Shown piece by piece: positions 1-8,213 of a stretch of 43,231 nucleotides of DNA. Below the pieces are notes generated by a model. The model saw nothing but the letters and a program-made list of their open reading frames with translations. It was not told the DNA's origin and searched no databases. Positions within the stretch are counted from its first letter, which is position 1; each line of letters begins with the position of its first letter. The translations under genes were made by a program, and so were the position numbers. The stretch lies in the sequence record DRR723986_3159. The stretch is one strand, 5' to 3'.

Positions 1-1794
1 GCGGACCTTGTAGTTGATCTTCTCATTGCGAAGATCCGTCTCCACGCGCAGGCCCGCCTTGCGAAGGGCTGCCGCCGCTTCCTCTGCATAATCGTTCGCG
101 GCATCCGTGATAGCCGCCACCACGACCTGAACCGGCGAGAGCCACATCGGGAAGGCCCCGGCATAGTTCTCGATCAGGATGCCCATGAAGCGTTCGAACG
201 TGCCGAACACCGCGCGGTGCAGCATGACCGGGCGGTGCTTGCCGCCATCGGATCCAGTATACTCCGCATCGAGACGTTCCGGCAGCACATAGTCCAGTTG
301 GAACGTGCCGCACTGCCACGTCCGCCCGATGGCGTCCGTCAGGTGGAACTCCAGTTTCGGGCCATAGAACGCGCCCTCGCCTTCCGCATATTCGAACTCA
401 AGACCGGCTTCCGTCAGGGCATCGGCCAGCGCCTTTTCGGCGCGGTCCCAGTTCTCATCTGTCCCGCCGCGTACGTCCGGCCGCGTGGCCAGTTTGTACG
501 AAATCTCCGTCAGGCCGAAATCATTGTAGACGCGGGAGAACAGGTTCAGGAAGCGCAGCGTCTCCTCACCGATCTGGTCTTCCCGGCAGAAGATGTGCGC
601 ATCGTCCTGCGTCATCTGCCGCACACGCATCAGTCCGTGCAGCGCGCCATGAGCCTCGTTCCGGTGACAGCAGCCGAACTCCGCCATGCGGATCGGCAGG
701 TCGCGGTAGGACCGCTGGGCATGCTTGAAAATCTGCACGTGAGCCGGGCAGTTCATCGGCTTCAGCGCCATCAGGCTCGTCTCGGCCGGGATCTTCACTT
801 CGTCCTCATCCGTATTCGGAATGAAGTCCGGCACCACGAACATGTTCTCGCGGAACTTGTCCCAGTGGCCGGATTTTTCCCAGAACACGGAATCGAGCAG
901 CTGCGGCGTTTTCACTTCCGTGTAGCCGTCTTCGTCCTGCCGGCGGCGGATATAGGCCTCCAGCTGGCGCCAGATCATGAAGCCTTTCGGGTGCCAGAAG
1001 ACAGAGCCCTGCGCTTCGGGCTGCAGGTGGAACAGGTCCAGTTGCTGGCCAAGCTTCCGGTGGTCGCGCTTCTCGGCTTCTTCGAGACGGTGGAGATGGG
1101 CCTTCAGGTCTTTCTCGTTCGCCCAGGCCGTGCCGTACATGCGCTGCAGCATCTCGTTCTTCGAGTCACCACGCCAATAGGCACCTGCCAGCTTCATCAG
1201 CTTGAACGCCTTCGGCAGCTTGCCCGTCGATGGCAGGTGCGGGCCGCGGCAGAGGTCGAACCAGTCGCCCTGGCGATAGACCGTGATGGCCTCGCCTGGC
1301 GGGATGATGTCGTCGATGATCTGGGCCTTGTAATCCTCACCGATCTTCTTGAACGTCGCGATCGCTTCGTCCTTGTCCCAGACTTCGCGCACGATCGGAT
1401 AATCGGCATCGATGATCTCGGACATCTTCTTTTCGATCTTCTCGAAATCGTCCGTGGAGAACGGCTCCTCGCGGGCGAAGTCGTAGTAGAAGCCGTCATC
1501 TATGACTGGGCCGATCGTGACCTGGGAGTCCGGATAGAGTTCCTGTACCGCCTGCGCCAGCACGTGGGCGGCGTCGTGGCGGATCAGTTCAAGACCTTCG
1601 GGGTCGCGGTCGGTTATAATGGCGACATTGGCATCGCCCTCCAGCGGGCGGACAAGGTCCCACATCTCGCCATCCACCTTGGCGGCGAGGGCCTTCTTGG
1701 CCAGGGATTTGGAAATGCTCTCGGCGACGTCCAGCGGCGAGGCGCCATCGGCATATTCTCGCTCTGAGCCATCGGGCAGCGTTACTTTGATCAT
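1..1794 (-). CDS. thrS: Threonyl-tRNA synthetase (3' end runs off the window)
   Basis: Manual translation from ATG at 1794: [13 protein letters not shown]... (TGS domain), [25 protein letters not shown], and [12 protein letters not shown] at the window edge. Absent from the ORF track because no stop lies in the window. Confidence 0.97.
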   Translation of the reverse strand, partial: MIKVTLPDGSEREYADGASPLDVAESISKSLAKKALAAKVDGEMWDLVRPLEGDANVAIITDRDPEGLELIRHDAAHVLAQAVQELYPDSQVTIGPVIDDGFYYDFAREEPFSTDDFEKIEKKMSEIIDADYPIVREVWDKDEAIATFKKIGEDYKAQIIDDIIPPGEAITVYRQGDWFDLCRGPHLPSTGKLPKAFKLMKLAGAYWRGDSKNEMLQRMYGTAWANEKDLKAHLHRLEEAEKRDHRKLGQQLDLFHLQPEAQGSVFWHPKGFMIWRQLEAYIRRRQDEDGYTEVKTPQLLDSVFWEKSGHWDKFRENMFVVPDFIPNTDEDEVKIPAETSLMALKPMNCPAHVQIFKHAQRSYRDLPIRMAEFGCCHRNEAHGALHGLMRVRQMTQDDAHIFCREDQIGEETLRFLNLFSRVYNDFGLTEISYKLATRPDVRGGTDENWDRAEKALADALTEAGLEFEYAEGEGAFYGPKLEFHLTDAIGRTWQCGTFQLDYVLPERLDAEYTGSDGGKHRPVMLHRAVFGTFERFMGILIENYAGAFPMWLSPVQVVVAAITDAANDYAEEAAAALRKAGLRVETDLRNEKINYKVR

Positions 1795-2171
1795 CGGTCT
1801 TCTTCTTCGATTTCGGTCGCCCGCAAGGGGCGCAAATTCCAACGGCCCGGAAAGCCTTGTTTGAAAGCCTTATGCGGCGGCTTGCTTAGCGCTTCTTTAC
1901 CGCTTTTCCCACCCTCAAAGCGGGCGGGCTGCAGTCAGGCGGCTTCCGGAAATGAGACGAGCCATAGATGGTCTGTATATCGTGTATATATCGTCCCGTT
2001 TATCGTGTTCCGACCAGATCTGGACGCAACACCTGGAGCTCGTTTTCAGGGCTTTTTGGCGGGTGCATGAGGCGGGCGCGCACAGAGGTGCGGGCCGAAG
2101 GCGCGTCAGGCACCCCGGCGGGTTCGTGTGGTCAGAGCGGTGATCAGACGAAAATGCATGGCGGCGATATG

Positions 2172-2531
2172 TCATGCCTCCGGGGATTTTTCAACCGGAT
2201 TGCAGGCCTGCCTCATCCTGTGCCCGCTCCAGTCACCATAGCGCCAGGGCTGCCAGAGCGGCACTTCGGGCTTCATTTCCGGCGGCGGGTCGCAGCCCAT
2301 CGTGCCGCCCGGGCGGCAGCGCAGGAAGCGCGCCAGCGTCATCCAGAACCCCGGCCACCAGCCGAAACGGGAGATGCATTCGGCCCCGTATTCACTACAG
2401 GTTGGCGTATGCTGGCACCGTGCGCCAAACGCCCACATCACCTGGCTCGGCCCATGTTTATAGACCCAGAGCAGCGCATAGGCCGCCCGGCGGCGCAGAC
2501 TGTTATTCGGCCCGCTACTTTGCTGTGGCAC
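2172..2531 (-). CDS. yidD: Membrane protein insertion efficiency factor YidD
   Basis: CQHTPTCSEY...RFGWWPG...RFLRCRP..G.DP matches the YidD three-Cys pattern; GTG start. Confidence 0.9.
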   Translation of the reverse strand: MPQQSSGPNNSLRRRAAYALLWVYKHGPSQVMWAFGARCQHTPTCSEYGAECISRFGWWPGFWMTLARFLRCRPGGTMGCDPPPEMKPEVPLWQPWRYGDWSGHRMRQACNPVEKSPEA

Positions 2532-2973
2532 GAGCTGTGGCGCGCTTCTGCAGCGCTTCCTCGATGGCGGCGACGGCGGCTTCGAAGGCGAGCATGGTGG
2601 AGGTGTGGCGGGGCGGGTAATCGGCCACCGGTTCCAGGTGGCGCAGCTCCCAGAAGCGGCCTTCTGGCGGCGGGCCGCCTTCTTTCAGCATGGCTCTCAG
2701 GGCATCCCGCGCGGCGATGATTTCGGAGACCGGCGCGCCGACGGCATGCTCTGCCAGGATCGCCGTTGCCGCCTGCCCAAGCGCACAAGCCTTTGGATCG
2801 ACAGCGATTTCCGTGACGGTCTCGCCCGCTTCGTCCAGCTTCAGGTCGACATGCACGACCGATCCGCAGACGCGGGAGACCTTGGTCACCGAGCCTTCGG
2901 CATCGCTGAGCCGCCCGACATGCGGGATCCCTGCAGCCAGTTCGAGAATGCGGTTGTGGTAAAGCTCGCTCAT
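2515..2973 (-). CDS. IscU/NifU N-terminal-like Fe-S cluster scaffold protein
   Basis: MSELYHNRILELA...SRVCGS...KACALGQA; start reassigned to the ATG at 2973; overlaps yidD. Confidence 0.85.
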   Translation of the reverse strand: MSELYHNRILELAAGIPHVGRLSDAEGSVTKVSRVCGSVVHVDLKLDEAGETVTEIAVDPKACALGQAATAILAEHAVGAPVSEIIAARDALRAMLKEGGPPPEGRFWELRHLEPVADYPPRHTSTMLAFEAAVAAIEEALQKRATARATAK

Positions 2974-3033
2974 CGCCGGCAAGATGGCCCTGCCCTTCCG
3001 CCAGCGCAAGACGGCGAAAGGGCCGGAAGCCCC

Positions 3034-4419
3034 CTAGACCCTGCGCCAGGTCGAACCGCCCGCCCCGTCCATGATCTCGATGCCTTCGGCCTCTAGCTCA
3101 TTGCGGATACGGTCAGCCTCGGCCCAGTCCTTGTTGGCGCGGGCATCGACCCGGGCCTGAACGAGGGCATCGATCCGGGCATTTTCGTCATTGTCCCCGC
3201 CCTGTTCCCAGTCTTTCGGGGTCAGCGTCAGCAGGCCAAGCAGCTTGCCGGCCGCCAGAAGATTCGCTTTCGCATTCGCCATCGCCGCTTCGTCTTTCTG
3301 GTCGGCAGCTGTGTTGGCTTCACCGGCCAGACGGGAAAGCTCGGCGAGCGCTTCCGGCGTGTTGAGGTCGTCCTTCAGCGCGCGCAGCACGCCGGTGTCG
3401 CGGGCCTCACCGCTGTCGGCGTCCCACACCCGGCGCAGGGCGCCATAGATACGGTCCAGCGTGGCCTTCGCTTGCTTCAGCAGGTCTTCCGTCCAGTCCA
3501 GCGGGGCGCGGTAATGCCCGCTAAGCATGGCAAAGCGCAGCACTTCACCCGGCCATTGCTTCAGCAGGTCATGCATAAGCACGACATTGCCGAGGGATTT
3601 CGACATCTTCTCCCCGCCCATGTCGAGGAAACCATTGTGCAGCCAGTAATTGGCCATCACCTCGCCGTGGGCGCACTCCGACTGGGCGATTTCATTCTCG
3701 TGATGCGGGAATTGCAGGTCGATCCCGCCGCCATGAATGTCGATCGTCTTGCCGAGATGCTTGGCCGCCATGGCGGAGCATTCGATGTGCCAGCCGGGAC
3801 GGCCCCTGCCCCATGGGCTGTCCCAGATCGCGTCTTCCGGCTCGCCGGGCTTGGCGAATTTCCAGAGCGCGAAATCGGCCGGGTCGCGCTTGTCGGCATC
3901 GACTTCGACGCGGGCGCCGGCCTCATTATCCTCCAGCCTGCGGCCGGACAGCTTGCCATAGTCCGGCATCTGCTTGACGGCGAACCAGACGCCCTCCTTG
4001 CCAACATAGGCATAGCCGCGGCGGACCAGTTTTTCGATCATGTCGATCATCTCGGCCACATGGTCCGTCGCCCAGGGCTCGATGCTCGGCGGCAGCACGT
4101 TCAGCGCGGCCGTGTCGGCATTGTAGATGCCGGCATATTTCTTCGTGATTTCCGCAATCGGCTCGCCGGTCTCCAGCGACGCCTTGATGATCTTGTCCTC
4201 AATATCCGTGATGTTGCGGGCATACACGACCGCGTCCGCGCCATAGGTGCGGATCAAGAGACGCCGCAGGACGTCGAACACGATGGGCGGCCGGGCATTG
4301 CCGATATGGGCGTAATTATAGACCGTGGGGCCGCAGACATACATCGTCACGCGTTTGGGGTCCTGCGGCTCGAAAACGCGTTTTTCACGCGCAGCGGTGT
4401 CGTAAAGGCGGATGGTCAT
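3034..4419 (-). CDS. cysS: Cysteinyl-tRNA synthetase
   Basis: YVCGPTVY, HIGN, GRPGWHIECSAM, HGGGIDLQFPHHENE and KMSKS motifs. Confidence 0.98.
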   Translation of the reverse strand: MTIRLYDTAAREKRVFEPQDPKRVTMYVCGPTVYNYAHIGNARPPIVFDVLRRLLIRTYGADAVVYARNITDIEDKIIKASLETGEPIAEITKKYAGIYNADTAALNVLPPSIEPWATDHVAEMIDMIEKLVRRGYAYVGKEGVWFAVKQMPDYGKLSGRRLEDNEAGARVEVDADKRDPADFALWKFAKPGEPEDAIWDSPWGRGRPGWHIECSAMAAKHLGKTIDIHGGGIDLQFPHHENEIAQSECAHGEVMANYWLHNGFLDMGGEKMSKSLGNVVLMHDLLKQWPGEVLRFAMLSGHYRAPLDWTEDLLKQAKATLDRIYGALRRVWDADSGEARDTGVLRALKDDLNTPEALAELSRLAGEANTAADQKDEAAMANAKANLLAAGKLLGLLTLTPKDWEQGGDNDENARIDALVQARVDARANKDWAEADRIRNELEAEGIEIMDGAGGSTWRRV

Positions 4420-4496
4420 TTGTGTCTCTGGATCGGGTTTGTTCGGGAAATGCCGGCAGGGTCAGCTTTTGACAGCCCTATTGGCGCGTTGTGGCC

Positions 4497-4547
4497 TCAG
4501 CGGCAACAACAACAGCGGCGACAGAAGGGAAAAGCGGGCGCGAACAT
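4497..4547 (-). CDS. Candidate cysteine-rich leader peptide MFAPAFPFCRRCCCCR upstream of cysS
   Basis: ATG TTC GCG CCC GCT TTT CCC TTC TGT CGC CGC TGT TGT TGT TGC CGC TGA; 5 of 16 codons are Cys, 4 consecutive; the stop lies 77 nt before the cysS ATG. Confidence 0.8.
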   Translation of the reverse strand: MFAPAFPFCRRCCCCR

Positions 4548-4554
4548 GGGCCGG

Positions 4555-4583
4555 GCGGTACCAGTTAACCCAGCGAAAAGCAA
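4555..4583 (-). promoter_or_regulatory. Putative sigma70-type promoter for the leader peptide/cysS transcript
   Basis: TTGCTT-17 nt-TACCGC followed by 7 nt and then the leader ATG. Confidence 0.55.
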
Positions 4584-4663
4584 CTGAAGGCTGATCCAGT
4601 GACGCGTCGTCACCGTAGAATCTGCTGGAAACCGGGGCTCTGGCCCCTTATGTTCCTCATTAT

Positions 4664-4766
4664 CGCCCTGAGGGTATCAACTCCGGGCGGGCGTTAAGTC
4701 CGGGCAGGAGGCAAGAAAGACCTCCAAGGGACGCCCCGGCTCGACCCCCGTCCCTCAGTCGAAGGA
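4664..4766 (+). promoter_or_regulatory. Structured 5' leader of folE (candidate cis-regulatory RNA)
   Basis: Hairpins CGCCCTGAG/CTCCGGGCG, GGAGG/CCTCC and AGGGACG/CGTCCCT; loop TCGAC is complementary to GTCGA next to the SD AAGGA. Confidence 0.45.
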
Positions 4767-4774
4767 CTCCACAC

Positions 4775-5398
4775 ATGGCAATGGACGCCATCACACCAAA
4801 GAATGAAATTGCGCGCGCGAAACCCGTGAAACGCCCATCCCAGGAAGAAGCTGAAGAAGCGGTTCGCACGCTGATCGCGTGGGCTGGCGACGACCCGGCC
4901 CGTGAAGGCCTGATCGATACGCCGAAGCGCGTCGTCAACGCCTACAAGGAATGGTTCTCCGGCTATACCGAAGACCCGGTGAAATACCTCTCCCGTACCT
5001 TCGAGGATGTGCAGGGCTATGACGACATCGTCATGCTGCGCGACATCGACGTGGAAAGCCATTGCGAGCACCACATGGCCCCCTTCCTCGGCAAGGCCTA
5101 TGTCGCCTACATGCCAACCGAAGCGGTGGTGGGCATCTCGAAACTGGCCCGCGTGGTGGAAATCTTCTCCAAGCGCCTGCAGACGCAGGAAACCATGACG
5201 TCCCAGATCTGCGACGCGATCACGGAAAGCCTCGCCCCCATGGGGACCGCCGTCCTGATCGACGCTGTGCATGAGTGCATGTCGACCCGCGGCGTGCACC
5301 ATAAGGACGTGTCCACGATCACGACGCAGTTTACCGGCGTCTTCAAATCGGACGCAGACCTGCGCAACCGCTTCCTGCGGATGACCGGCCGCGGCTGA
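4775..5398 (+). CDS. folE: GTP cyclohydrolase I
   Basis: REGLIDTPKRV, SHCEHHMAPF, GISKLAR, RLQTQE, HECMSTRGV. Confidence 0.97.
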   Translation: MAMDAITPKNEIARAKPVKRPSQEEAEEAVRTLIAWAGDDPAREGLIDTPKRVVNAYKEWFSGYTEDPVKYLSRTFEDVQGYDDIVMLRDIDVESHCEHHMAPFLGKAYVAYMPTEAVVGISKLARVVEIFSKRLQTQETMTSQICDAITESLAPMGTAVLIDAVHECMSTRGVHHKDVSTITTQFTGVFKSDADLRNRFLRMTGRG

Positions 5399-5418
5399 TC
5401 AAATTCAAAAAAAACGTC

Positions 5419-5448
5419 AAAACCCCGGCTAAGAAAGCCGGGGTTTTT
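5419..5448 (+). terminator. Intrinsic terminator after folE (potentially bidirectional)
   Basis: AAAACCCCGGCT-aagaa-AGCCGGGGTTTTT. Confidence 0.85.
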
Positions 5449-5746
5449 CATGTCTGGGCGAAGCCCAAGTCCTATACTTTTTCCTGCTACGGATTTTCAA
5501 CATTTACGCCGCACGCAGCGCATGGAGATTCTCCGTATAAGGGAATCCTCTTTTCGGAACGTCTGCCGCGCGGTATGGTAAATTTTACAGCATCGGGATG
5601 GTATGGGCGGCTCGCCATAAACCTGATCTAGCACCTCACAAAAAAGACGCCCGGAGCGACAAAAGAGCCAGACTACTGCGACAGGGTTCCATCAGGTTTC
5701 CGCACCCGGAAAATTTGGTGGCCATACTGACAGGAGCAAGTGAGAC

Positions 5747-6493
5747 ATGAGCTTGGCCAGGAAAGTGGTAGATAGTGTACGCTCGAGAGCCGGTGCCGCC
5801 AGGAATGCATTTCGCCGCTGGAAACAGCCAAAACCCATAAAGTCCGCCTGGACGCGGATCCGCTCTGAAAGTCTGTCATACACGACAGACGCGCAACTGG
5901 ACCAGCTGGTGCAGGAAGTCAGGCGATCAGCCCACAGCAATGCATTGATCGTCGAGGCGGGCTGCGCTCGTGGCGGTTCGGCAATCCTCATGTGTGTAGC
6001 GAAAGCGCCTGACCGTCCGCTGAAAGTCTACGACATGTTCGAGATGATCCCTCCGCCCTCAGATCATGACGGCGCGGACATGAAAGCCCGTTATCAGGAA
6101 ATCGCATCCGGACAGGCAACCGGCATTGATGGCGGCACGTACTATTTATACGAAAACGACCTGAAAGCCGTCGTCGAAAACAACTTCAAACGCTACGGAT
6201 ACCCGATTCAGAACCATTCCGTGGAATTGATCAAAGGCGATGTCACAAAGACTCTGAAAATATCCCAGCCCGTCGCACTCGCTCATGTAGATGTGGATTG
6301 GCACGAACCGGTTCGCGTCGCTTTGGGGCAGGTCGTCCCGAACCTGATTCCGGGCGGCTCAGTTGCGCTGCACGCCTATTTTGACTGGTCCGGATGCCGG
6401 AAGGCCGCGGATGAATTCTTTGAGCGTCACGGCCACGAGGGGTTCAAGTTCGACAGCTCTGCCGGGCACCTGCTGGTCACCCGCAGGCATTGA
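5747..6493 (+). CDS. TylF/MycF/NovP-family O-methyltransferase
   Basis: IVEAGCARGGS, VYDMFEMIPPP, LIKG, AHVDVDW and WSGCRKA motifs typical of macrocin O-methyltransferase-like proteins. Confidence 0.8.
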   Translation: MSLARKVVDSVRSRAGAARNAFRRWKQPKPIKSAWTRIRSESLSYTTDAQLDQLVQEVRRSAHSNALIVEAGCARGGSAILMCVAKAPDRPLKVYDMFEMIPPPSDHDGADMKARYQEIASGQATGIDGGTYYLYENDLKAVVENNFKRYGYPIQNHSVELIKGDVTKTLKISQPVALAHVDVDWHEPVRVALGQVVPNLIPGGSVALHAYFDWSGCRKAADEFFERHGHEGFKFDSSAGHLLVTRRH

Positions 6494-6546
6494 GCCTGTT
6501 CTGCCTCGCACCCTGCCAGTGATGACAAAGGTTCAGGGCGAATCCC

Positions 6547-7287
6547 TCAAACATGATTTCGAAGCAGACGCTCGTAACTTTCGAGCGCCTCTTTTTCAAT
6601 GTCTGCCGCTCTGCCCTGCAGTGCCGGGCTTTCGCCGGGCGGCGGGCCGAAACCGGATGACGTCCAGACCGCATCATACCAGTGCGGGGCCCAGGCCCCG
6701 TCTTCCGGTTTGGCACCCGGTGCCCAGCCCAGCATGGCCGGATCCCAGTCAATCCCGAGTGCATCGCAAAGGCGCGGCAGAACCTCCGGCGGATCAGCCA
6801 AAAGCAGATCCGAGTCCACAACCGGCGGCGCCTTGCCCGTCCGCTCCGTAATCTCCCGGTACAGTCTTTCCTGCTGGGGCACGCCGATCGCCTCAAGGCT
6901 CACATCGCCCATTTTCTTCGTGTAGGACGCAATCACCCTACAGGGATGACGCACCAGAAAGGCTTGGCGCACATCGCTGACCCAATCCAGCGGAAAAGCT
7001 TCCAGCATGTGGTGAGTCATCTGTTTCTGGTATTGCAGCGTCTTTCCGGGCGGCAGAGGGACCAGCAGCTCACGTGCGACGACAGCCGGGTCGGACGATT
7101 GCGAGGCGAGAATCTCTTCCTGCATCGGATGAACCTCGCCGCTGGCCGTCAGCCAGGCGGCATAGAATGGCTCATCGACGCAGACCGCTTCGGGGCGGGC
7201 GCCAAAACTGCGCATCATCGTCGTCGACATGTTACGCGGGCCAGACCACATGGCGATGCGGATCGTCTGCGTCATGTCCACGCTCAT
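6547..7287 (-). CDS. Sulfotransferase-like P-loop protein
   Basis: RIAMWSGPRNMSTTMMRSF, DEPFY, QKQMTHH, FLVRHP..VIASY, W..HWY; ATGA overlap with the upstream aminotransferase. Confidence 0.8.
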   Translation of the reverse strand: MSVDMTQTIRIAMWSGPRNMSTTMMRSFGARPEAVCVDEPFYAAWLTASGEVHPMQEEILASQSSDPAVVARELLVPLPPGKTLQYQKQMTHHMLEAFPLDWVSDVRQAFLVRHPCRVIASYTKKMGDVSLEAIGVPQQERLYREITERTGKAPPVVDSDLLLADPPEVLPRLCDALGIDWDPAMLGWAPGAKPEDGAWAPHWYDAVWTSSGFGPPPGESPALQGRAADIEKEALESYERLLRNHV

Positions 7288-8213
7288 GCGACCGGGGTCA
7301 GACTGCGCGCTTGCATTGCCTTGTAAACCTCACGGATCTTCCGGGAGATTGGTCCGTCAATCGCGTCGATGGAGCGTCCGTCCACCTCTCGCACCGGCGT
7401 CACACCGGCAAATGTGCCGGTGATGAACGCTTCGTCTGCCGAATAGACATCGAACAGGGAAAAGCGCTTCTCGAACACCGGGATGCCAATCTCGCGGCAG
7501 GTCCTGATGATGTTTCCGCGTGTGATGCCGCCGAGACAGTATTCCGGTGGACTGGTCCACACTTCCCCATCGCGCACGATGAAGAAGTGGGTGGAGTTGC
7601 AGGTCGCCACGAAGCCGAGTGGATCCAGCATCAGCGCTTCGTCGGCGCCAGCCTTGTCGGCCTGGATACAGGCCAGGATACAGTTGAGCTTCGAATGGGA
7701 ATTCAGTTTCTGGTCCTGTTCCGCAGGCCCCGTGCGGCGCACATGTACCGTGAACAGGGTGACCCCGGTTTCCACGACTTCCGGCACCGGCGTCTTGTAT
7801 TCCGGAATGATCACGATGGTCGGCTTGGTGATCGTGAAGCGCGGCCCCTGATAAGGCGTCTTCTTGATGCCGCGGGTGACCATCAGACGGATGTGGACAC
7901 CGTCCTCCATACCATTGGCCTTGAGGCAATCGACCAGCCGCGCCGTCAATTCATCCTTTGTCAGGCCGATATCCATGTCGAGCGTCTTGGCGCCGGCCCA
8001 GAGGCGTTTCAGGTGTTCCGGCAGAAAGGCAATCCCGCCATTCATGACGCGCAAACCTTCCCACACGCCATCGCCCAGAATATAGCCACTGTCGAAGACG
8101 GAGACGACCGCCTCGTCCCGCTTTTTCAGTTCGCCATTCACCGAAATCAGTATGTTCGCGTTGCGCGGATCGGTGAGGTAATCGTGCACGCCGTGCGCGT
8201 CTTCTTCCATCAT
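7284..8213 (-). CDS. Class IV PLP aminotransferase (BCAT/D-amino-acid transaminase-like)
   Basis: VSVFDSGYILGDGVWEGLR, HLKRL, DEALMLD, LGGITR, ADEAFITGT. Confidence 0.92.
   Translation of the reverse strand: MMEEDAHGVHDYLTDPRNANILISVNGELKKRDEAVVSVFDSGYILGDGVWEGLRVMNGGIAFLPEHLKRLWAGAKTLDMDIGLTKDELTARLVDCLKANGMEDGVHIRLMVTRGIKKTPYQGPRFTITKPTIVIIPEYKTPVPEVVETGVTLFTVHVRRTGPAEQDQKLNSHSKLNCILACIQADKAGADEALMLDPLGFVATCNSTHFFIVRDGEVWTSPPEYCLGGITRGNIIRTCREIGIPVFEKRFSLFDVYSADEAFITGTFAGVTPVREVDGRSIDAIDGPISRKIREVYKAMQARSLTPVA

Noticed and set aside
217-1767. 516-aa + strand ORF, and similar long antisense ORFs (3472-4587, 27147-28841, 40769-43138)
   Set aside because: Stop-poor antisense frames of real GC-rich genes (thrS, cysS, hemY, capD-like/purH); no family motifs.
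1795-2171. Thr-rich leader peptide or tRNA-mimic operator upstream of thrS, by analogy with the cysS leader
   Set aside because: The frame containing the ACG/ACA codons has no start codon, and I found no convincing hairpin presenting a CGU loop.
1915-2175. 86-aa ORF overlapping the yidD stop (ATGA)
   Set aside because: Atypical composition and no recognisable motif; the overlap may be chance. Not excluded, but unsupported.
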